DNA of 63,603 nt, counting the filler, from Chiloscyllium plagiosum (taxonomy: Eukaryota), in the NCBI RefSeq assembly GCF_004010195.1. It is 5 parts of one record of this genome, joined end to end, with 100 filler letters (N's around TTAATTAATTAA, not from the genome) between each part and the next. Parts side by side here need not be neighbours in the genome. Positions count along the whole stretch, not along the records: positions 1 to 29,612 come from NC_057717.1; 4 more parts are not named here. The stretch is one strand, 5' to 3'. The notes under the pieces are model-generated. The model saw only the letters and a list, made by a program, of their open reading frames with translations. It ran no database searches and was not told where the DNA came from. Of the stretch, positions 1-12,664 are shown piece after piece; position 1 is the stretch's first letter; each line of letters starts with the position of its first letter. The position numbers were made by a program, and so were the translations under genes.

Positions 1-129
1 CTGCGACTGAATTCCTTACGGGGTGTTTTTGAGGGGTTGAAAATCACTTGGTGTGTGCTTAGGATACAAAACGTAATAGTAGAGGAGACTACCAGGATTC
101 TCAAAATAATGGGAGCTGCAGTTGCAACT

Positions 130-1430
130 AATATACAACAACAAGTTTAACAGTGGAAGATGGAATAAGAAATGAAGGCTTAATCTGTGGTACTCTGCAT
201 GGACATGAATACTCGGAGTGTGGGGAATTCCAGATGCAGATTGGTGTGTGGAATTCTGATGTACTGATCACCGAGAGCTGGCTCAAGGAATGGCAGAACT
301 GGGTGTTAAATATTGCTGAGTATAAAGGATTCCAAAATGATAAAAGGAAAGGGAAAGTATGAAAGTAGAAGTATTGGTTTAGATTAGTGTTAGTTAAGGA
401 GACCAAGACAAAGATGATCCGTCCAAGGACAGAATGAATTTGGCTGGAGCTACAGAAAAAAAAGTGTACAATTACACTGTGAGGTACAGTCTGTCGGCCA
501 GCAACCAAATAAACTATGGAGATAATAAATATGGAGCCGCATTTTAGAGCGATGACAATCCTATATTAGTAATATTGAGAAACCTAATTTATCCAGATAT
601 TGACTGCGTTATTGGCGGTGCAAGGTCACGACAATTACATGGATGAGTGCTGACTGCAGGAGTATGTGTTCAGCCCAAGAGAGCATGTAGTGTTGGACCG
701 GGTCCTTGGGAAAAGGTGGGGCAAGTGGATCCAGTGTCAGTAGGGGAAGATTTTGGGTCACAGTGATCATTTTATTGTAAAGTTCAGGAGGATGGTAGAG
801 AATGATATACAGTAATTGAGAGTGAGAAACATTAGTTGGCTGAGAGCAGCCTTCAATGGGGCAAGAATGAAGCTGGAGAGGTTTGACTGGGACACCAATT
901 TGTTCAGAAAAAGGTAAACTGAACCATGGGCTCCCTTCAAAGAGGAGATGGCTTGGGTCCAGTCGAGGAATTGTCCCTCAAGTAGGAATGGCAGGATAAA
1001 CAAACCCAACCCACTCTGGATGGCGGAGAAGACCAACAGAATCAGTGTCAGATGGAGAATCGGATTGGTAATCTGGAGAAATGCTGGAGGTTCAGAGGGA
1101 GATGATGGAGCAGAGGGGAATTATGTGAAAACTGAGAGCCACCATAGAGCTGTCCCAGAATCCTCCTCTGGGCCCTTCATAATGATAGTGTTAAAAGATG
1201 GAGTAAGGCTGCATCGAAATTAGAAAGAGGATTTGTACCTGAAAAAATTTCTCCACAAGTAGTTAAGATGCACTTAGATGCGTTATAGCTGCATGTTTGA
1301 CTGAAACATTAAGGAGGCGATTGAATGATTTTTGATACAAAAAAAAAGTGAGAATGTGAGTGAAGGAGGAGATCATTACTCAGCAAAGAGTTCAACAATG
1401 ATTGGCCAAATAACACCCTTCTGTGCCATA
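130..1430 (+). mobile_element. Decayed CR1-clade LINE (ORF2 endonuclease region plus a 3' remnant)
   Basis: ORF 153-362 reads ITESWLKEWQNWVLNIAEYKGFQNDKRKGK, like the CR1 endonuclease ITETWL..GQDW.LNI.GY..FR.DR. SDH-like 'cacagtgatcat' at ~758. Many stops. Confidence 0.75.
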
Positions 1431-1529
1431 AGGCGTCTGTGTCATTCAGTGTGATGTCTTGAGAGTCCTCCAAATCCACAAACATCCCGTCTTTGTAACC
1501 TTGTCGATCCTGTATGATACATTCTAATC

Positions 1530-2600
1530 TCTGCAACCTCCATCAGTCTATGTCGCCCTCCTTATCTCTGTAACTCATACAGGCCATATAAACATTCTTT
1601 ACCTGGAATCTCCACCAGCCCCGATAACCTTTCCTCTCTATAAAATATCTCTCAAGTCTTTACAGCTCTCCCCTTCTCTGCAACTACTCTGATCCATAGA
1701 AACCTAATCTTTGCAATCTCCTCCAATCCATACAACAATCAGCGTTACTAACCACCTTCTACCCTGACAGATTGCAGTATCTCCATAAACTCCAGCCACT
1801 ACAGTGCTCATTATATCTTCAACGTTCTCTAGCACTGACAACCCTGCCCATCTCTTTTCTTTGCTCCAGTCCCTTCAATTTTCCCTATTGTGTAACCTAC
1901 TCCAGTACCGAAGCAGCTGTGTAACATACTCTAGTCCCGACCATGCTCTCGATTTTGTAACCACCTTCGGCCCCGACACAGCTCACTGTCTCTGCAACCT
2001 CCAGATTCCAAATCCATTCCAATCTGTGGAAACAGCTCAAGCCCTCCCTCTGTCTATAATATCTACCAGATGTTAAAACTAAAATAACTCCACAGAGGCC
2101 GGTATCCCGTCACCAAATCCCCTTTTATTTCTACATGCATGATCCATGACACTGACCCACGCTAGCTCAGAGCCGGCTCCTATAGTGAACAGAGCCCCAG
2201 ATGCCCCGTTTATTTCTGAGCCGGAATTCCCTGATTGGACCAGGTTCACAGTCTCAATCAGGGAACACGTATTAATGAGGTTTACCTGACTGACCTCATT
2301 CCAATCACTATAAAAACACTCCATGTATCTTGAACGTTCATTGACACCTACAAATCTCCTAGTCTCTGAAATCTCCTCCAGTTTCTCCAGCGCTGTGTCT
2401 GTAAATTTCCACAAGGACAGACTTGACCCTTTCAGTAGACCCTCCTGTTATCAATCTCCTGCAGGACCAATACAAGCTTTTTTTCTGTTTTCTGAAAACT
2501 CTCGATCTCAATGTTCTCCAAACAGAAAGTCTCTGACTAATCTCTAACTGCTTCCAAAAAAACTTGCTCCGCCGTTTCTCTGTGACCTTCTCCATAGGAG
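1530..2600. repeat. Degenerate ~37-bp 'ctctgtaacctcctccagt' minisatellite
   Basis: Recurring tctctg(t/c)aa(c/t)ctc(c/t)cca motifs; same family as 4930-6190. Confidence 0.7.
2080..2312 (-). mobile_element. Solo LTR (233 bp), probably Gypsy-type
   Basis: Flanked by a 5-bp direct repeat AAAAC (2075-2079, 2313-2317). Termini TA...TA fit decayed TG...CA. AATAAA on the minus strand at ~2124-2129. Internal inverted repeat ttccctgattg/caatcagggaa. It interrupts the minisatellite. Confidence 0.75.
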
Positions 2601-3029
2601 GAAGGGGGTTTCGAAGCAGGGAGCTTCATAGGACAAGGAGAACTTTCCACAAATGGGAATGTTTGTAGAAACTAATGGGTTTACAGAAGTGGGAATGGTC
2701 ATGGGACATGAAGGATGTTCCAGAGACTGGCAGTTTGTAGGCACAATGGGCAGAATTTTCGTTTCTGTTGCAAAGAGACACAGAGAGCTAAATCATGTGA
2801 TACATTGTCCTGGTAATATTTTAAAATCTCTTCTTGTGTATGAGGCACAATGCCTCGTCTTATCGAATAGTTTCGATGGGCTGAATGGCTTTCTCACATT
2901 CCAGTGAAACTAGCTTGAGATGCTGAATAAGCTCCTCTTTCTATTCTGTGGAAATGTGCAGTGTCCAACAATGCTAACACACGAATGTCACCTGCACGTT
3001 AACAGCATGAGCTTAAATATTGTCCAGGT

Positions 3030-3265
3030 TTTGATGCTTCATATGATCTTCACTGAACATCTTCACTTCTGATCGAATGACGGAGGGTAAGACATTGATG
3101 AATCAGCTGAAAATGTTAATGCCGAGGTATATCCCTATGGATCACCCACAGAGATATCCAGGGACTGAGAGGATTGATGTCCAACAGCCACATTGTGTTC
3201 TGAATGATCCAACCAGTGGAGAGATTACTACTGATTCCCATTAAATACGAATCTTGGCAGGACCA
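3030..3265 (-). mobile_element. Old LINE RT fragment
   Basis: Reverse complement of ~3085-3150 resembles a decayed GVPQGSVLGPxxFSCFIND RT motif. Confidence 0.5.
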
Positions 3266-3802
3266 GTCACTCTGACGCTGTGTTCATATCTTTTGTTCAT
3301 GTCAATAGGCCAAGGTATATGTGTGGGGAATGTTTCCTTCTCTGAGAGGATAGTGACTGTTGTGGCCTCTCTATCCCAGGCAGCTGCATCACTGAAATGT
3401 TTGGGAGGGGTTGAGGAGGGTGTCAATGGATTTTGAGAGAGTTGAGGGCCACAAAAATTTGCATGAAAGAGGAATTTCAGCCTACAGCAGATCGTCCCTG
3501 ACCGGACTGAAGGGAAGGGCAGGCTTGAGGAGCTAAATAGCCTCGTGTTATTCCAGTGCACCCCAGAGAACAGTCAGTTTGTGACCTGTTCCATTTCCTG
3601 TGTTACTGACCTGAAGTCGCTGAATAAACTGATCCTGTTGCTGCATAACAGAATACTGATGCTGCATCATCTACTCTGGGTCCAGTGTTATAAGCTCGAG
3701 GGGTTGATTGGCCTCCTGTAACTGTATGTCAGACACCAGGCGCTGAAAAACCTTTTTTTGTCCTGGTGTAACTGAAATCCATATAGACTAAATCTACCTC
3801 CC

Positions 3803-4000
3803 GAGAAGAGTGAACACTGCAAAATCTGGAGATCAGAGTTGACAATTATGGCACTGCAAAAGCATGGCAGATCAGGCAACATCCGAGGAACAGGAGAATC
3901 GATGTTTTGGTCATTCGTGTTGAATGGCTTATGCCTGAAACATCGATTCTCCTGTTCCTGCCTGAACTGCTGTGCTTTTCCAGCGCCACACTTTTTGACG
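3803..4000. mobile_element. Palindromic pair of PLE terminal-repeat (pLTR) fragments
   Basis: ggaacaggagaatcgatgttt (3887-3907) is inverted against aaacatcgattctcctgttcc (3938-3958). Degenerate hammerhead-type core tgaatggcttatgcctgaaacatc. Confidence 0.7.
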
Positions 4001-4002
4001 TC

Positions 4003-4287
4003 TACAGCCCCAACTTAGTCAACCTTCCTGCTCATGTCATCAAATAACTTTAAGAAATTTGTCAAGCATGATCTCCCACGCACAAAGCCATTCTCAATAT
4101 TCCTGATCAAACCTTGTCTTTTCGAATTAATGTACATCTTATCCTTCAGAATTTTCTCAAGTAACGTACCTACTACATATGTTAAACTGACTGGTCCATA
4201 GCTACAAGGCATTTTTTTCTAGTCCTTCTTAAATAAGGGCACAAAAGTTGCTAACCTCTAGTCTTCCTGTATCTCAACTATGGTTAA
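4003..4287 (-). mobile_element. CR1 RT fragment
   Basis: ORF 4015-4212 YGPVSLTYVVGTLLEKILKD...GFVRGRSCLTNFLKLFD. Confidence 0.85.
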
Positions 4288-4929
4288 NNNNNNNNNNNNN
4301 NNNNNNNNNNNNNNNNNNNNNNNNNNNNNNNNNNNNNNNNNNNNNNNNNNNNNNNNNNNNNNNNNNNNNNNNNNNNNNNNNNNNNNNNNNNNNNNNNNNN
4401 NNNNNNNNNNNNNNNNNNNNNNNNNNNNNNNNNNNNNNNNNNNNNNNNNNNNNNNNNNNNNNNNNNNNNNNNNNNNNNNNNNNNNNNNNNNNNNNNNNNN
4501 NNNNNNNNNNNNNNNNNNNNNNNNNNNNNNNNNNNNNNNNNNNNNNNNNNNNNNNNNNNNNNNNNNNNNNNNNNNNNNNNNNNNNNNNNNNNNNNNNNNN
4601 NNNNNNNNNNNNNNNNNNNNNNNNNNNNNNNNNNNNNNNNNNNNNNNNNNNNNNNNNNNNNNNNNNNNNNNNNNNNNNNNNNNNNNNNNNNNNNNNNNNN
4701 NNNNNNNNNNNNNNNNNNNNNNNNNNNNNNNNNNNNNNNNNNNNNNNNNNNNNNNNNNNNNNNNNNNNNNNNNNNNNNNNNNNNNNNAATGAACACCACC
4801 TCCTATACTCCTCCCTGTCACAGTAAACTTCTCCAAGCCCTTCACACATTCCTCTTCAGTCACCTCCTCCAGCCTCCACAGGATGAATGTCTGTCCCTAT
4901 TTCGTTAAATCTCGATCAGACTCCAAAGT

Positions 4930-6190
4930 CGTCCCTATCTCTCTGCCGCCTCATAGTCACTCCAAACCATCCTATCTCTGTAATTTCCCCCAGTCAATCC
5001 CTCCCTCCCTATTGCTGAACCCCCATCACTCCATCTCTCCATATCTCTGTAACCTCCTCCAGTGACTCCTTCCCTCCTATCTCTGTAACCACCCCCAGTC
5101 ACTCCATCCCACCATATCTCTGTATCCTCCCCAGTCACTCCATTCTTCCCTATCTCTGTAAAAACACCCAGTCACTCCAAACCTCCCTATCTCTGTAACC
5201 TCCTCCAGTTACTCCTTCCCTCTCTATCTTTGTAACCACCCCGTCACTTATCCCTCCCTATCTCTGTAACCTCACCCACTCACTCCATCCCTCCACACCT
5301 CTGTATCCTCTCTTAGTTACTCCATCCCTCCATACCACTGTATCCTCCCTCAATCACTCCATTCTTCCCTACCTCTATAACGTCACCCAGTCACTCCATT
5401 CTTCCCTATTTCTGTAGCCTCCTCCAGTGACTCCTTCCCTTCCTATCTCTGTAAGCACCCCCAGTCACTCCATCCCTCCCGATCACTGTAACCACCCCCA
5501 GTCAGCCAATCCCTCCCTATCTCTGTAAAATCACCCAGTCACTCCAAACGTCCCTATCTCTGTAACCTCACCCAGTCACTCCTTCCCTCCCTATCTCTGT
5601 AACCTCCTCCAGTGACTTCCTAGCCTCCCTATCTCTGTAACCACTCCCAGTCACTCCATCCCTCCCTATCACTGTACCTTCTCCAGTCACTCCATCTCGC
5701 CCTATCTCTGTAACTTCCCCCAGTCACTCCAGCCCTCCCTGTCTCCGTTAATCCCCCAGTCAATCCATCCCTCCATATCTGTGTAACTTCCCCCAGTCAC
5801 TCCATCCCTCCCTATCACTGTACCTTCTCCAGTCACTCCATCTCGCCCTATCTCTGTAACTTCCCCCGTCACTCCAGCCCTCCCTGTCTCCGTTAATCCC
5901 CCAGTCAATCCATCCCTCCATATCCCAGTCACTCCATTCCTCCCTATCTGTGTAACCTCACCCAGTCACTCTATCTCTCCGTAACCTCACCCCGTCACTC
6001 CAACACTCATTATCTCTGTAACCTCCCCCAGTCACTCCAGCCCTCCCTATCACTGTAACCTCCCCCAGTCACTCCATTCCTCCATATCGCTGTAACCTCC
6101 CAAAGTCACCCCATCCCTCCCTATCTCTGTAAGCTCCTCTATTCACTCCAATCCTCTTTATCTCTGTAACCTCTATTTTCTAACCTCCCT
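4930..6190. repeat. 37-bp minisatellite (ccctatctctgtaacctcctccagtcactccatccct)n, ~33 units
   Basis: Period 37 (e.g. 5552 to 5589). Contains a 146-bp (4-monomer) higher-order duplication at ~5650-5930. Confidence 0.95.
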
Positions 6191-6204
6191 GGCATCTACA
6201 ATGG

Positions 6205-6840
6205 CAGAGCCTCTCAGAATCCTAGTTGGTCATTCAATTTCTCTCCCATTTCTCGAAATGCTAATGGTTCAAACTCAATCTACTCCATCTCTTCCAATTA
6301 GAAAATAACGCTATTTCCACGATCAGCCGAGTGACCCTTCTCTGGCCTGCTTTCCATGCAAGAATATCTTTCCTTCGGGGACTCACACTGTTCATAATAT
6401 TCTAGGTGTGGGCTACCTGGTACCTTGTATAGTTTTAGAAAGACATCCCTATTTTTAGACTCCATTCCCTTTGTAATACATAGCAGCATTTGATTTGCCT
6501 TCTCTATTCCTGCTGACACTGTAAGCTACCTTTTTCCGATTGATACACAAGGATTCCCAAAAACCATTCGTGCAATCAGTCTGACACCAATCGGTGTTAG
6601 CCTGACAGTAAGTCGGGAAGGTGCTGGTCGGTATTATAAAGGATATGGCAATAAATGATAACTGGACGCTTAGAAACAATGGGAAACGCATAATCTTATG
6701 AAAGGGGAATATTTTAAAATCTGTTAGACTCTATAGTTTTGGGTGAGCATAAATGGCAGAAGAGATAACGGTGGGGGAGACTAGTGGCGGTGGGGGATAT
6801 TTTAAATTTCAGAAGCATTTTGACAAGTTTCAACAGGGGC
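6205..6840. mobile_element. Old CR1/L2-type LINE fragments in both orientations
   Basis: Minus ORF 6298-6519 KANQMLLCITKGMESKNRDVFLKLYK...PHLEYYEQ. Plus-strand 'tttcagaagcattttgacaag' (DFQKAFDK-like). Confidence 0.75.
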
Positions 6841-7972
6841 TAAAGTATAACGAAGAATACAATAGGCCCCTGAAAGGTCAGTGAGGCTCTCTGTGTGGAA
6901 TCACAGTTGATGGGGAAGATCCGAAACAAATATTTTGCGTTAAGATTTACTGTGGAGAAAGACATGGAATCTCGGGAACTTGCGAAAATACATAGTGATG
7001 TCTTGAACAGAGTTCACATTGGAGAATAGGAGGTGCTGGATTTCTTAAAATGCAAAACGTTAGATAAAACCTTGGGACATGACCAGATGTATCCCAGCGC
7101 TCTGTGAGAAGCTAGGGAGGAAATTGCAGGGCTCTTCGCAGAGGTAATTGTATAAGCGACAGCCACTACAGACAAATGAGACTGGTGGCAATGGTGGGGA
7201 AGTTGTTGGAAGAGATTCTGAGAGAAAGGATCATCATGCATCTGGAAAAGTAAGGAATGATTAGAGATAATCAGCACGGCTTTGTGTGTGGAAAATGCTG
7301 ACTGTGTGCTTTTGGAGGTAGACAAGTAATAGATCAAGGCAGAGCAGTAGATGTCTCCATCGACTTAAGCAAGGCCTTTGACACGGTCCTGCCTGGCAGA
7401 CTGGTTAATAAGTTTAGATCACACATAACCAGAGACCGCTCACCAACTGGATACAAAATAGGATTGACGGTAGGAGACAGAGCGTGTTCATAGAGGGTTG
7501 CTACGCAAACTGCAGGCCTGCAACCAATGGTGTGCCATGGGGTTCAGTGCTAGGTCACTGTTTTGCATCATTTATATGAACGGTTTGGATGAGAATACAG
7601 GAGTCATGGTTAGCAAGTTGGTGAGCGACACTGAAATTGGTGGGATAGTGGACAGTGAAGATGGTTATCCAAGAGTACAGTTGGATCAACAGTACTGCTG
7701 TGCAAGTGAGATGAGGACTAGCAGATGAAGAAAAGCACGATGTTGCATTTTGCTCAGGCAAACCAGGACTGCACTTGTTATGTTCGGGCCCTGGGTAGTG
7801 TTGTCAAGTAGAGAGACATAGGGATGCAGGTACGCAGTTCTTGAAAGTGGTGTCACTGATAGACAGGCTGGTGAAGCAGGTGTTTGGGAAGGTTACCTTC
7901 ATTGGGCAGAGCATTGAGAGTAGGAGTGGGGATGTAATGTTGTGTCTGTACAGGACATTAGTGAAGCCACCA
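6840..7972 (+). mobile_element. Decayed CR1 ORF2 (RT region)
   Basis: Decayed QHGFV, DxSKAFD and GVPQGSVLG-like motifs, plus SKLVSDTEIGGIVDSEDGY. Confidence 0.85.
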
Positions 7973-7974
7973 TA

Positions 7975-8186
7975 ACAACATTGTTGATTATGTGGAAAAG
8001 TTCCACTAGTTCAGTCATGTCCTTGAGGGAAGGACATCTGACGTTGTTACCCAGTCTGACTGACATGTGACTTCAGACCCACAGCAATATGGCTGACCCT
8101 GAGCTGCCTCTGGGCAAGTAGCAGTGGGTCATGTATGCTGGTCCAGGCAGTGACATCCTCAGCCCATGAATGAATAAATAAAAATA
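7975..8186 (+). mobile_element. 3' half of a shark tRNA-derived SINE (non-HE1 family)
   Basis: catgtgacttcagacccacagcaat...cccatgaatgaataaataaaaa tail. Related copies at 19130, 20750(-) and 63340(-). Confidence 0.65.
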
Positions 8187-8494
8187 CATACTTCCGTCGC
8201 TTACCGCTGCAAACTCCTCCAGCTGCAGCACTTTGTAATGGCTTTGTAAGATTGTTCAGGCCCTTGTCCCTCTCTGTAACACTATCACTACCTTCAGAAT
8301 CTTCAACTCTCCCTGTTCCTATCATTTCATTAAACCTTGACAATGGTTCCTCTTCCTACAGGTTTCCTCCTAACATTCGACACGGAGTGATCCCGTTAAC
8401 AAATGCTTCCCTACTTCTGAAGCATTGTCGTCTTCATAATTGTTCCTTTTTTTTTGTCTTCCAAGCATCTCTTAATCAGGTCTGGTAAATCCTG

Positions 8495-8712
8495 GGAATT
8501 ACTGGGCTAAGACCATCCAAAGTGGGGGAGGAGCATTGGGAAGGTGTAGAGCCACACCAGAGCCCCAACCACCCCCTTCCCACGGCCACCTTCTGCCCCA
8601 AGTGTAACAGAGTCTGTGGAAGGCCACATCTGTCTGTACACCCACCTACAGACTCCCCCTGAGAGTGAGAGAGTCAGCTTCGTCTGTGACTCACCGCCAA
8701 TGAGAGGATGAA
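8495..8712 (+). mobile_element. RTE-clade LINE 3' end
   Basis: Encodes FCPKCNRVCG, then (frameshifted) HIxLYTHLQT, like the C-terminal C2H2 motif of RTE ORFs; preceded by a KWxRSIxEG-like segment. Confidence 0.6.
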
Positions 8713-8719
8713 ATAGGGA

Positions 8720-9900
8720 GATTGAATCTCCTCACAATTATCCCAGTGCCTTTGTTACAAATTCCAATAATTCCCTGTCCAATGCCATGTCTCACAATAT
8801 AATGCTATAAAGGGGTTTTAACACTGCCCTTCCACTTCTGTGTTCTTATTACCCAGAATTTGGTCTCTTAATGATTGATAATCTGAGGCCACATATTTTC
8901 TTGGGACTCCCAACGTTATCTCTAACTGAGATTTCCCCATCCTGCTTCCCATTCTGTCTGATGTTCCACAGCGTTGTGTAGCTGTGAATATTAATGCCCC
9001 ACCCCGTTCCCACGTCTCCCTGATGGCGATTAGGCAGAATTCACAAGCATCACGTGCATATCACTTATGGAAAATGCTTCGTGCATTCAGATTAAGAAAC
9101 AGTAATTATTTTTCTGCCACAATTTCCTGTCAAAAAACTATCTGCTGATGTACAATTTTACTTAAACTCAGTCGCTTTCTGTTTCTTTCTGTTTGTCTTC
9201 AGCTACATCCCCATGTTTCAATATTTCAACCTTTCTCTATGGAATTGGGAATTACCTTTCAGCTGAACCCTGTTCCTACTCTTTTGTGTCAGTTTAAAGC
9301 ACTCTGCATATTCCTGGTCATCTGATTGACCAGCACACTAGTCCCAGCACTGTACCATCCCATTACAATAGCTGGCTCCTCCCTGAGTACTGGCAGCAGT
9401 GCCCACTGCATCAGACCCACTTCTTCTGACACCATTGCGTGATTCTGAAGCCTTCCTGCACTCTGGTGATATCACTCAGTCTCTTTCCATGTGATATCCC
9501 TCACTGTGAGTGTCTAATTGTTGCCTCTGTCAGACCTCTCACTCTTGTAGTGACTCCAGATCCTGAGCCAACAGCATTCTCCATTCCAGAGAGACGAGGC
9601 AACACAGGCCAGGGATGGAGACTGCGACTTTCCAGATCTTTGCAGGACTCAGCGATACTGTACATGAGTTATCCTCACTGGATAACTCTAAGTTCCCATT
9701 CTGTCCTTTACTCTGTCTCAGGCAGGTAATCAGGATGTTCCTAACTCCTGTCTCATCCGTCACCTCATTGAAGAGCCTTGGTCAGCCAGAGCGAGATGGA
9801 GAGGGAGATCTCGAACCTTCAGTAAATGTTGCAGGCTGTAAGCTCACTCACAGTAAACAGTTCAGGGAGGAATAAAGTGACCTTCTGTATTAAGACCTGG
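8720..9900 (-). mobile_element. Highly decayed CR1/L2 5' region (endonuclease and ORF1 remnants)
   Basis: Minus ORF 9539-9763 (KIWKVAVSIPGLCC...LLAQDLESL) resembles a CR1 ORF1 zinc-finger/leucine-zipper. Paralogous to ~20100-21700. Confidence 0.45.
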
Positions 9901-10277
9901 AAGACAGGACACAGATACAGAGCTGGGCAAAGGAACAACAACATTCTAGGCTTCATTCCCACCATCTTGTGAAGATAGTGCTTTCCCCTCTGCTGTACTG
10001 TTCCTAACTGAGACAGCACAGGTGATAGCAGGCATCACTCCTGGCACACGCTGTGTTTGTGATCTCTGTAATATCCTCCAGTCCTGATAATCCTTCCTCT
10101 GTTTGTAAACTCCTCCAGTTCACACAAGGCTCTCTGTCTCTGTCAGCTTCTCCAATCACTAACACCCTAATCATTACATTTCTCCAGTAGATACTAACTT
10201 CCATCAGCCCTGTAAGCCCCTTTAAGCTCTTCCTACCAATACTACCCTCCATGTCAATCTAATTGCCTTTAACCTCG

Positions 10278-10599
10278 AGATTAGATTAGATTACATTACA
10301 GTGTGGAAACAGGCCCTTCGGCCCAACAAGTCCACACCGACCCGCCGAAGCGAAACTCACCCATACCCCTACCCCTACATTTATCCTTTATCTAACACTA
10401 CGGGCAATTTAGTATGGCCAATTCACCTGGCCCTGCACATCTTTGGACTGTGGGAGGAAACTGGAGCACCCGGAGGAAACCCACGCAGACACGGGGAGAA
10501 CGTGCAAGCTCCACACAGTCAGTCGCCTGAGGCGGGAATTGAACCCGGGTCTCTGGCGCTGTGAGGCAGCAGTGCTAACCACTGTGCCACCGTGCCGCC
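10278..10599 (-). mobile_element. Full-length HE1-type (V-SINE) SINE
   Basis: Minus strand begins GGCGGCACGGTGGCACAGTGGTTAGCACTGCTGCCTCACAGCGCCAGAGACCCGGGTTCAATTCCCG (A box TGGCACAGTGG, B box GGTTCAATTCC). V-domain TCTGCGTGGGTTTCCTCCGGGTGCTCC and (TAATC)n tail present. Confidence 0.92.
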
Positions 10600-11934
10600 A
10601 TAATAGTGTACATCCGTCCCTATCTGTGCAAACTCCTTCAGCTCCTCCAACTCTTCCTTATCCATGAAAAAATTATTTTAGTCCATCGAACTGTCCCGAT
10701 CTGTGTAATCCCTTCCAGACCTGAAATACCTCCCTGTCTTTATAACTATGTTAGGCTCCTACCTGAGAATCTCACTATTTGTGTAATCTCCCAAGTACCT
10801 CCTGACCTTAGGAACCTTCTCCACCTGTTAACATCCTCTATGGCTGTGGATCCCATCGAATTCTACCATCCCTATCATGGAATTTAGTCTCTACAATCCT
10901 AATGATGATGATAATCTCTTCCTCTCGAAAACACACTCAATCTCTGTAAACTCTGCTGGTCCCTACTAATCTCCCTGTGCATATAATATCCTTTAATCAC
11001 TACAAATCTTTATACCTTCATGACTACACTATTTATTTCCGTTCCCTTCATCAGCTGTCATAATTCTCACGGTGAGTATCACCATGTCCCATCCCTACAT
11101 CCCTCCGTTTCTCTGAAAAGTCCTCATTATTCTTAACCCCCCCTCTCTATGTCACCTGTTCCAGTCTCCACGTCTCTCCCTATCTCTGCAGAAACTCTAC
11201 AGTCAAAGCTGCTCCAATAACCTGAAATCCTCCTGATCTTTCTAACTCCCTTTAGTTATGAAACTCTCTCCAACTCTGCAACATACTATCCTAGTGTTGA
11301 AAGCCCTCCTTATCTTTGTATGCACCTCCCATCGCAACAACTGTCCCTATCTTTATAACATTGCTCTGCATCTTGGAACCTCCTGATGGCTGAACCCTCT
11401 TCAGGCACTGCTCTTTCTCTATTTCTGTTATTGTCCCCTGCTCTTAGAGCCCTCCCTGTCTGTATGATCCACTGCAAACTCTGCAGCCCTCCATATCTCT
11501 AACCATCAACTGCCTCCACAACACTCCCTATCTTTTGCCGCTTCCTGTCCCTTCAGCACCTTCTATAACTGCAAACTCCCATTTGCCAAAGTTACTCCAG
11601 TTCCTGTAATGCCTGTCAGAATCTGAAGTTCACCCTCTCTCTGGTCTGCAAATCTCTCGATAATCCATAAACTTCTGCAGCTACCACTACTGTCCGTACG
11701 TATTTTCGGTCCTCCAGTCCCTCTAAGCTTCCCTTTCTTGCCTTAACTAAAACCTGTGCATCTCGTTACTGTCCTAAAAACGTTCATGTCTCTGTAAACT
11801 GCTCCATGCCCTCCACTATCTCCATAAACTTCTGCAGCCCCTCAAGCCCGCCGATCTGTGTAACCTCTTCCTGATACCATCCCCAATCTATGGAGCTCCT
11901 TTATTCTTCCCTGGTTGGGTAATCCCTTGATGTG

Positions 11935-12035
11935 GTTGAAGGGCTGATGAAGGGCTTATGCCCGAAGCGTCGATTCTCCTGTTCCTTGGATGCTGACTGT
12001 CCTGCTGTGCTTTACCAGCAACACATTTTCAGCTC
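11935..12035 (+). mobile_element. PLE pLTR fragment with a mutated hammerhead core
   Basis: CTGATGA-A-GGGC-TTAT-GCCC-GAAG-CGTC at 11944-11971 (GAAA changed to GAAG). Confidence 0.75.
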
Positions 12036-12664
12036 TTAATCCCCTTGATGTCCCTAGCGATTTCCTGATCTTAGTACCAACACCAATCTTTGTGACTCTC
12101 CAGTTCCAAAGAGACACATTTTCTTTGCCAGCTCATCCAGTCTCTACACCCATGTGTAAGCTTCTTATCCTTCTCCAATTCCTAGGACTTAATGCATTTA
12201 AATTAACGTCCCCCCCCCCAAAAAAGTAACACTCTTGACCACAGGAACCTCTTTCAGTTTGGGCAACCCTCCCCATTTGTGTAACTGTCTCCAACCCAAC
12301 AACCCGACATTCTCCATTGCCTTCCTAATTATGTAGCCTCCAGAACCTAGAAGCCTTCTTACATCTATGAACGTCTTCATATCTCTGTTAGTATACACAA
12401 TACTCTTCCCCCTGAAACACCCTCTGTTTGTTCCTCTCAGTCTGCCTGCCTCTCCCTACATCCATCCCTTTCCCTATCTCCAGAATCAAATCCAGCTCCC
12501 TCTGACTTGGTAAATTTTTCCAATGCCCAAACACCTTTGTCCCACTGACATTCTTGACCAGAGTTAACTCCGTTTAACTCTAATATCCTTGAGCCCCTGT
12601 AAGCCTCCCTATCTCTGTAACCTGTACCAATCCGTTCAACCCCCCACTGCTGAGGAATAACTCC

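Noticed and set aside
4248..4863. Long ORFs here and at 22860, 27505, 42341 and 51156
   Set aside because: Their length comes from runs of N.
10520..10599. tRNA gene candidate (also 15840-15910)
   Set aside because: The A/B boxes are followed by a V-domain and a LINE-like tail, so these are SINE heads.
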